From Fonticula alba ATCC 38817 (Eukaryota > Protista > Nucleariida), in assembly GCA_000388065.2 (NCBI GenBank), contig KB932203.1: 28,576 nucleotides of DNA. One strand, written 5' to 3'. The translations under genes were made by a program, and so were the position numbers. Position 1 is the first letter of the stretch. Each line of letters opens with the position of its first letter. This document shows positions 20,027 to 28,576 of the stretch, in pieces. The notes under the pieces are model-generated. The model searched no databases. It worked only from the letters and a program-made list of their open reading frames with translations, and was not told the DNA's origin.

Positions 20027-22239
20027 TCAGGCAAGGGCGACGCCGCTGTCCGGGCCGCCCGGGAGGAGGGCCGTCGCCGCGGACGAGCCCGCAGCCGGCG
20101 GCGGGGTCGACGGCGGCGGCATCACGATCTGCGTGGTGCCCCCACCACCGGACTTCTTGCCGCCCTTCATCAGGACCGCCATGCGCCAGTAGCCGAAAGC
20201 CAGCATGATGAGACTGAACAGCGAACCGAAGATGATCTTGATCAGATCGAACTTGGTACTCTCCATCTGCCGGTGGAGGTTGGCCAGCTCCACGTCGATG
20301 CGGTTGTCCAGCTCCTTGACCCGGCGGCTGTTGACATTCAGCTCATTGGCAAAGCGGTCATGGTCAGTGGTCAGGCTGAGGCTGACCACATTGTGCAGGC
20401 GCCCCAGCTCGTCGCGGATGAACCCCCGCGACCGGTCGATCTCATTCTGCAGCTTCTCCACCTCGGACCGGACCTCGGCATCGGTGGTCGACGCGACGTT
20501 CAGCAGGTCCGCATGCATGTCTGACAGCTCGGCCCGCGCGGCCTGCGCGTGCTGGATGTGCTGCACGCGCGACACCAGGCGCGACTCGAGCGACCGGATG
20601 CTTTGTGCGCCATGGCGCGGCCAGGCGAGGAGGGCGGTCGGCAAGTGGAGGGGGGGGGGGGCGGGGCAGCGAGAAGTGCAGCGATCGTGTGAGTAGGTAG
20701 CCTCGGCGGGCACATGGACACTTTTCATGCAACCGGCCCCACGTGCCAGGCTACTTGCCCAGCGGATGGGCATGCCCATGTCCAGGGGGTGTGTGTGTGT
20801 GTGTAGATGCATGCTGCCCGGGCAGCATGGGCCCGGGCGCACTCGGCAGGGCACATGCAGGAGACAACGCACCTCTCCATCATGGTGTCCTGCAGCAGAC
20901 GCATGACCGACTCGGCCTGGGCTTTGGTCAGACCGGCATCCTCCAGCGATTGGACAATCTTCACAGTGTCCAGGGAAAAGGGGGCCGCCATGAGCGACTC
21001 GCGGAAGAGGTGATGCGACACCGGGTCGGCGATGGCCGACGCCGGGGGGAACCCCGCGTCGCCGGCACCCACCGGAGGCTGGTGCTGCTGGTGGTGCTGA
21101 TGATGGGGCGCGGCCGGATCGCGCGGCCCCGGGTCGTGCATGGCCGCCGCCGCCGCCGCCGGCCCGCCAAATGTCCCGGTGGCCGTGTATGAATAGGGAG
21201 GCAGGCCGAAGGGCGGCTGATAGGTCCCGATGCCGGGGTGCATGGCGCCGGCCGGCGGCCCGCCGCCCGGGCCCGAGGGATGCCCATGGCCCGGGGTGAA
21301 GGTCGCCGCGGCCATCGGCATGCGCGGAGCCCCCGGAGGGGGCATGTAGCCCAACAGGGGAGGGCGCATGTGCTGCGGCAGTGACTGGGCCACCACCGTG
21401 GGGCTTGGCTGTGTCGGGGGCGCGCTGGCCGTCGATGGGGCATCAGCCGGCTTGGGGGCCGGGCCGGCTGGCGCACCGGCCGCTATCGAGGGTTGCTTCT
21501 TGCTGGCACGCTCGATCGACACGGCCGCCATCTCCCCGAGCGAAGGCGGCAGAGAAACCTGCGGCTGGCTGCCCGAGCCCGAGATGCCGAGGGTGCTTTG
21601 CTTCGGGTCAGCCACACGGCCGGGGGACCCCCCCTCGGGGCCCGCAGGCGAGGGGACCTCCGGCGTGGGGGCGGCCTTTGGCGCTTCGCCCGGCGTCGGT
21701 GCCGAACCCGGGCCCGGAGCCGGCGCCTTTGCCAAAGCCGAAGGGGCGCCCTTCGCGACATCCTCAGCACGAGCCCCTGGTGCTTTGGGTGCAGCTGCAA
21801 CCGGGGCTTGGGTGGTTTGGGCGCCTGGCACATGTGAAGGCGCAGGTGCGGCCGGGACTGCCGGGGCTGCCGGACCCCCGGGCGGTGCCCCGGGGACAGA
21901 AGCCGCGGGAGCCGCTGGAGTCACCGGCGCGGATGCTGCAACGGGTGCAGGTGGCACAGCTGTCGTGGCGGCTGGCGCCGACTCCCCCCCGGTGGAAGCC
22001 GGCGATCTAGGCGGCTTGCCCGGGGTCGACGTGGGGGAGGAGGAGGAGGAGGAGGAGGAGGACATCCCCCGGGAGAGGTGCCACGGTGACGGCCCTGGCT
22101 GGGGCCCCTGTGCGCCGAGCGGGCCAGTGCGTAGCGCCGGCGGCGACAGCCCCCGCATCGGGGGCACCCCCAGCGCCGATGGCCGGAGCAGACGACCGCC
22201 CACGCCGAGCAACCGCCCAGCAAGGGAGCTGCCACTCAT
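20027..22239 (-). CDS. Mitochondrial coiled-coil protein of the CCDC90/MCUR1/Fmp32 (DUF1640) family with long low-complexity N-terminus, about 646 aa. Exons 22239-20873, 20600-20027
   Basis: Presequence-like MSGSSLAGRLLGVGGRLLRP; head motif FSLDTVKIVQSLEDAGLTKAQAESVMRLL; coiled-coil stalk ending LDNRIDVELANLHRQMESTKFDLIKIIFG; C-terminal TM helix SLFSLIMLAFGYWRM. Phase-2 intron GTGCGT..AAG. Upstream in-frame ATGs exist, so the start is a best choice. Confidence 0.85.
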
Positions 22240-22877
22240 GATGCGCGCGAGAGCAGAGGTGTGGCGAAATGCCGGGGGGGGGGGGGGGCACGAAAGGACG
22301 GAGAGAAGGAGGGAGCCGGATCCGGGGCGCAGGGGCAGGCTGGCGGGTGGGCGGACGACAAGAGGGCCAAAGAGAGAGCAAAGGAAAAGGGAGATATCCC
22401 GGGCGGGGAGGGAGGGAGGCGAGGGAGGGGGCGCGGCGGATGCTTTCCCGCTGGACGGATCTCCAGACGGCTGGGCCGGGATCGCTTGTAGCCGCGGCCG
22501 GGCACGTGTCGGCACGTGATCCGCCATGCGCTCGCTAGACCGACAAAGGAGACGCACGCGCGCGGATTGTCTATATATTGGAGTTCTACTGTGTGTGTGT
22601 GTGTGTGCGTGTGCGTGTGGGAGGGGAGCAAGGGGAGCCCCGGGAGACTGTGTCTCGACCGTCAAATGGAGCCCCCAGCAGTAGGAGTCATCGGATGGAG
22701 GAAGGCCAGGGGCCAGGGGCCAGGCAAGAGGAGGCGGCCGCGAGCATGTCTTTCCCTTTCCCCCGCCCAGGGCAGGCGGCCAGACAGGACGACCGGAGCC
22801 GGGCGAGCGTCTCCCATGCGCAGGTCGACGACTGGCGGATGCCTCTCGTCCACTTGGGGAGCTCCCTCTCGGCGGGG

Positions 22878-22907
22878 NNNNNNNNNNNNNNNNNNNNNNN
22901 NNNNNNN
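22878..22907. other. Assembly gap (30 N) inside a poly-G run
   Basis: Run of N. Confidence 0.99.
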
Positions 22908-23765
22908 GGGGGGGGGGGGGGGGGGGGGGCTGGCGATTGCCGGCCCCATCTGTCTGTCTGGCCCTCGCTCTCGCTCTCGCTCTCGCTCTCGCTCTGTTGC
23001 TGGCCCATCATATGCCCACGTACATCGTCGCCGCACAGGGGAGTGGGAGAAGAGGGGGGATAAATTTACATTCGGAAAAACAAGGAAAGGTTCAGGGCAG
23101 GAGCCACGAGGAAAGAGGAAGCGGGAGGCGACACACACGGTCACCAGGGTCGTCACCAGGGTCGGCCATTTTTGTGTGCCACACGCTGAGCAGGGGGAGA
23201 CGGGAGGGAGGGGGGAAATGAAGGTGGGGCATGTGTCAGTGGCCGGGGGGATGCCGAAGGGAGAGACCCCGCGCCACCGGCGGCGACAGGCAGCGGGTGG
23301 CAAGCAAACACGCACAGGTGAAGTGCCCCGAATGGCAGGCCGGAACCATCCCTCCAACAGGACCCCCGGCTCTCCTGGCTGGCTTGCCCCCGGGGAGGAG
23401 GAGGAGGAGGGGGGGGGAAGGAGCAGAGGGGCCAAGGAGCAGAGGGGCGAGGGAGGGAGAGCGAAGCGCAGGCGTGTGGCCCGGCCCCCGGTGGGCGGCC
23501 TCATGCGGGGCCATACACCACCGCCACCAAGGGAGGAGCGCACCACAGGGCATGGCCGACACACCGCCGCCTCGAGGCCCGGCAAAGGGAAGAGGACAGA
23601 AAGGGAGGGACGAAAGAGAGGGAGGGAGGGAGGGGAAAGACCAGGCTCTGGGAGATGAAAAAAAAGAGGAACAAGGACAGGGTGCCGGGCTTGCCCGGCC
23701 CCCTCTCACGCGCCCCGACGCGGGCGAGGGGGAGGGGGGGGGGAGGGAGGGGGCCTCTCTGGGGC

Positions 23766-24447
23766 TCAGGTGGCGGAGCTCGCCGCGGTGGCCGGGGCGG
23801 TGCTGCCGGCGGCGGCGGCGGCGGCACCGGTGCCAGCAGCACCGGCGGAGGTCGGAGCGGCCAGCATGGCCGAAGCAGCAGGCATACCACCGGCAGCGGT
23901 GTTGCCGGGCGCCGAGGGAGCCGCGGCTGCTGCCGCGGCAGCGGCCGCCGCCGCCGCCGCCGCCGCCTGGTGGTGGTGGTGGTGATGGTGGTGGTGGTGA
24001 TGGCCGAAGGCCGAAACACCGCTGCCATACAGCGAGGAGCCGCCCTGCTGGCCGAGACCAGCCATGGCCAGGCCGGCATAGTGCGACGCAGCCGAGCCGG
24101 AGGAGGAGGACGCTGCGGCGGCGGCCGCCGCCGCCGCCATGGCCGCGCTCGAGGGATGCGCCGAGGAGGAATAGATGCTTGCGGAGGAGGGGTGGGCCGC
24201 GGCGGCGGCTGCGGCGGCTGCCGCCGCCGCCGCGGCTGCCGAGTAATGTGACATGGAAGACGCGGCCGAGCTAAATTGCGACCCGGCCGCCGAGGCTACC
24301 GCGGTCCCGGCCGTGCCTGCCGAGGGGGCCGTGCTGCCGGTGGTCGTGCCGCCGGTGGCCCCTGCCCCGGCCCCCGACGAGGCGGACGAGGAGGCACCTG
24401 CCGTCGACCCGGCCGCCGATGAGGAGGAAGAGGACGAAGCAGCCGCT

Positions 24448-24479
<32 letters not shown>

Positions 24480-25796
24480 GATGCCCGGATGCGAGGAGTA
24501 GGGCGAGGCAGCGGCGGCCGCCGCCGCGGCGAAAGCACTGTGCGATGCCGACAGGCCCCCCTGCGAAAAGCCAAGCGACGAGCTGTACGGATAGCCCAGG
24601 TAGCTGCTGTAGGCGGAGGCCGGATCATGGCCATAGGACCCGAGGGATGACAGAGACGATGCCAGCAGGGGGGAGCTGGCGGCGGCCGCGGCGGCCGCGG
24701 CGGCCGCGGCCGCCGCCGAATTGGCCACCGACGAGCCGCCGGTGCCATCGGCCGCCGTCGTGCCCCCGGGGGCCGCGCCGGCCGATGAAGCCGGGGCCGA
24801 GGTCCCGGCCGCGCCGACCGTCGAGCTGGCCGACAGGGCGCCATACTGAGAGGCATGGTGATGGGCGGCATGCTGCGAGGCCGCATGGTGCGAGGACGAC
24901 GAGCCGAGAGCCGCGGCCGCTGCCGCCGCCGCCGCCGAGCTGGGAGCCGATGCGGCCGCCGCCGCCGCCGCCACGGCCGCCGCCGCCGCCGACCCTGCCG
25001 GCGCCCCCGACCCCCCGACCGCCGAGGAGTACGCCAGCGGCTGGGTGCTGTAGTGCGCGGCGGCGGCCGCCGCCGCCGGGCCATACAGCGAGCTGGTGTA
25101 CGCCGCGGCCGAGGGATAGTGCGAGTAGGGCGAGGGGTTGCTGGCGGCGGCGGCCGCCGCCGCCGCTGCCGCCGCCGCTGCCGACGAGTACGACGAGCTC
25201 GGATACTGCGAGGCAAAGTACTGGGCAGCCGCCACGGCCGCCGAGTAGGGGCTCGAGTAGGCCGCCGCCGCCGCGGCCACCGCCGAACTGGCCGACGACG
25301 GCAGGGTCGAGTAGTGGGACCCGGTGTAGCCGGCAGCCGTGGCCGCCGACAAATGGCTGGCCGCGTAGTGTGCCGCCGCCGCCGCCGCCGCCGCCGATGT
25401 GTGGCTCCCTGCATAGGAGGAATTGGCGTAGGAGCTGCCGTATGCCGAGTGGGGATTGCCATATGCCGAGTGCATCGGGCCCAGGGCCGCGGCCGCGGCC
25501 GCCGCCGATGACGCCGCCGCCGCCGATGAGGCCGAGTGGTAGCCCCCGGCCGTGGAGTAGTGTGAGGAGGCCGTCGTGTGGGGATGCGAGTGGGCGGCGG
25601 CCGCAGCAGCTGCGGCGGCCGCGGCCGCCGCCGCCGCCGCCGCCGATGAAGAGGAGGAAGAGGAGGAAGAAGACGAAGAGGACCCCGGGGCCCCGGCAAG
25701 CGACGAGGCGCCGGCGCCGGCCCCCCCGGCGGAGGTCGAGTGCGCCAGCGCGCCCGCATGGCCAGTCGCCGAGGTGCCCGGGGCCGAGGACGCCGC

Positions 25797-25838
<42 letters not shown>

Positions 25839-28546
25839 GGCCGAGGGCGTGTATGTGGCCGCGGTGGCCGCCGCCACCGCCGCCACCGAGGGCGACGACG
25901 AGGCCGGCGCCGGGCCATGCACCGGCAGCCCATGGAGCGAGCGCGCATGCGTGGCCGGATGCGTGGGTGCCATGCCCGGAGCCGGCGAGGGGGTGGCATC
26001 GGCCCCGGCCCCGGGGACCCCGGCACCGGCACCGTGCATGGAAGCCGCGGCAGCCGCCGCGGCCACCGCCGCCGCGGCCGACGTCCCGGCGACCCCGCCG
26101 CCGGCCGCCTGGCCGGCCACCGCCGCCACAATGGTCCCGGCGGACTTCAGGGCGAAGGGCGCCCCGGCCAGGGCGGCCGCCGCGGCCGCCGCCGCCGACG
26201 AACTCGGCGACGGCTTCATGGCCACCGGCGGAACCGCGGCCGGCAGCGAAGCGTCGTCCGGCAGCGGGGCCGGCGACTTGGCCCCCGCGGACCGGGGCTG
26301 CTTGGCCGCGCGGCCGCCGGGCCCGGGGCCGTCGCTTTGGCGCGCAAGAGCCGCCTTCCGGCCGGCCGCCGGGGGCGCGGGCCCACCGGCGAAACTGGGC
26401 GCCACGGCCGCCGCCGCCGCCGCCACAACCGCCGCCGCCGCCGCGGACGTCGTATCGGACAGGCCGCTCGTCGCCCGGGCGGCAGCGCCGCCGCCGGTGC
26501 CCGACTCCGCCGCCGCCGCCGCCGCCGCAAGGGTCGGGCTCTTGGACCGAGAGGCGGCTGCGGTGGCGCGCGATCCGCGCGTCGCCGCTGCCCGGCCCCC
26601 GGCCGCCGGCGCCCTTTCGGCCCGCGCACCGGCCGCACGCTCGCGCTTGACCGCGGCGGTGCCTGTCGCGCGGGCGCGGGTACCTGTCGAGCCCGGCCGG
26701 CCGCCCTTGGCCGGCGGGGCCGCCGCACCGGCCGCACTAGGGGCCGCCGCCGCGCCGGCGGTGGCCGGCACCGGCCCAGCACCGGGCACCGGGCCGCCGG
26801 TGGGCCCGGCATCGCCGGCGCCCGGCACCGCCGGCCCCGCGCTCGACCCCGAGGCGGCGCCTCCCCCGGCACTTGCGGCGGAATTCCCGCCACTGCCACC
26901 ACCAAGCAGCGCCTTGGCATTGATGTGTGTTTCGGAGGCCCGGGCCCCGGCGGGGCCGGGCCCGGTGGCCCCCCCGGGGACACCCTTCCCGGCGGCCACC
27001 ACAGCCGCCGAAAGCTGATCCGTCGACGGGGCACTGAGCAGGCCGGCGGCCCCGCCCCCGGCCGAGAGGGCCGCCGGGATGGATGCCCGCAAGTCGCGCG
27101 ACCTGGCCGAGCCCAGGCTGCCGGGGCTGTGCTCGGGCTTGAGCCCGGGCCCGGTGCCGAGGCCGCCGATGGCGATGGTCGCCGCCGACCCGGGCCCCGG
27201 CCCGGCGATCCCGCCGGAAGAGCCGGTCCCAGCGCCGGCCGAGTCGACCGGGCCCCCGGCAGACACACCGCCAGCGGGCCCGGCCCCGCCGCCGCCGCCG
27301 GTCGGAATCGGCGGGCTATTCAAGTCACGATACAGCTCCGAGGACAGGGGCACCGACGCCCCGGCCAGCGGCAGCAGCGAAGCACCGCCGGCAAACCGGC
27401 CACAGCCCGACTCGTCCTCCCCCTCGAGCACCGACCCGAAGGGATTGTTCACCTTCAGCGAGGGGATGCCCGACGAGCCGGGCCCATTGGGGCCGCCGAT
27501 GCCGGGGCCCGCCTGCCCCTCGGGGTCCTCCTCCTCATCCGAGGGCATGGCCGAGCATGACAGGGAGGGATTATACGAAAAGTCGATGGGGCTGTCGGTT
27601 TCCAGGGCATTCAGGAAATTCAGCCGCGTGTCCGGCGTCAAGGAGGTGCCGGACCCGCCGGAGCCCCCGTCAGACATGGGCCCCTCGTCGCCGAGGAGAC
27701 CCACCACATCGCCGGGCACCGACCCGTCGGGGCCGCCGCCGCCGCCGCCGCCGTCGCCGCTGCCACCGCCGCCGCCGCCGCCACCGCCGCCGCCACCCGG
27801 GCCATCGCCACCAGGGTCCCCGTCATCCGGGCCGTCATCCACCCCGAAGACACCCTTGTCGAAGGGCAGGTCCCCGATCAGCGGCATCGGCGACAGGAGG
27901 TAGCTGCTCGGGCTGTCGATGGTCATGGAGTTGTGCGGCACCCGGCCGAAGGGCGAGTCCGAGGAGGGGGACCGATCGACCCCGGCGCTGCTATCCAGCA
28001 GCGAGGGCCCCAGGCCCTGGAAGTGGTGGTTGTCCTGCACATACCCATGGAATTGCAACAGCCCCCCGCCGGGGTTGCTGCCGCCGCCGCCGCCGCCGCT
28101 GCTGCTGCTGCTGCTGCTGCTGTCGCCACTGCCAGTGCTGCTGCTGTTGCCGCCGGCGCCCGGCAGCTCCGGGCCCTCGAGGAAGGCCCGGCTGCTGGAC
28201 AAGAACCGGCTGTCGTCCAGGTCGTCGGTCGGCAAAGTGGGCACCGTTTGCAGGGTGATGCGCGGCAGGGCGGCCGCCTCGGCCAGGACGGCCCCGGCTT
28301 GCGAGGCGTCAATGGCCACCAGGACATTCGGGTCGCCGCTGACCACGCTACGCATCGACGAGAAGGGACACCGCCCAGAGCCACCGACATCGGACAGATC
28401 CTCGGCCCCGAAGGCCGGGCCGCCGCTGAAGAACGAGTCCGAGGGATAGGCATCGGTCGTGAGGACCGACATGGCCAGCTCCGGCCGGTCGCGCTCCGGC
28501 CGGAAGAGGATGATGTCTGCCGCCTCCCAGGTGCTGTTCTCCTCGA
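23766..28546 (-). CDS. Terminal exon of a 5'-partial, very large low-complexity protein (about 1590 aa in window; poly-Ala, poly-Ser, poly-Gly, His11, Tyr-rich region), probably a nuclear regulator
   Basis: Stop-free 4.8-kb frame with strong C/G third-position bias. The frame stays open 74 nt upstream of the tracked Met to a CAG acceptor (28547-28549) preceded by poly-C. Ends at TGA 23766-23768. No folded domain is recognisable except a possible chromodomain tail at the exon start. Confidence 0.8.
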
Positions 28547-28576
28547 CTGAGGCGCATTGCAGGGGGGGGGGGGGGG

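Noticed and set aside
28360-28385. GRCPF motif in the low-complexity protein as a heme-regulatory motif echoing TDO's CPF
   Set aside because: A single short motif with no conservation evidence; proximity to TDO is not informative.
24-28557. Many long overlapping ORFs in the track (e.g. 1321-3225 -, 3339-5027 -, 5397-7478 -, 5732-7795 -, 24296-26131 -, 24419-26650 +, 25740-27560 +)
   Set aside because: Arg/Pro/Gly-rich shadow or antisense frames of real genes. Stops are rare at this GC content and no motifs are present.
1-28576. CRISPR arrays, transposases, LTRs or TIRs, and rRNA/tRNA genes
   Set aside because: No repeat-spacer structure, transposase or RT motifs, terminal repeats or extended structural-RNA similarity were seen. 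Tandem repeats are simple micro- or minisatellites.

Overview
GC-rich eukaryotic genomic DNA with short spliceosomal introns, many C/G homopolymers and microsatellites, and two N gaps. The style suggests a unicellular opisthokont such as Fonticula, but this is inference only. Six intron-containing or exon-bounded protein genes can be modelled by hand with consistent splice phases. (1) A 5'-partial, >2270-aa helical protein on + (213-8595), tentatively EPG5-like. (2) Mitochondrial pyruvate dehydrogenase E2 (+, 10284-12275). (3) XAP5/FAM50 (+, 13391-14743). (4) Animal-type tryptophan 2,3-dioxygenase (-, 17352-19177). (5) A CCDC90/MCUR1/DUF1640-family mitochondrial coiled-coil protein with a very long disordered N-terminus (-, 20027-22239). 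(6) The 3' exon of a large Ala/Ser/Gly/Tyr/His low-complexity protein (-, 23766-28546). The most unexpected element is a lone, intact exon-sized fragment of DNA polymerase epsilon (-, 9561-9754) with its own 3' splice site but no other POLE sequence nearby. Splice donors are strongly GTNCGY with no +4 A. Most of the supplied ORF track is shadow ORFs caused by high GC. No rRNA gene, tRNA, CRISPR array or transposase was found.
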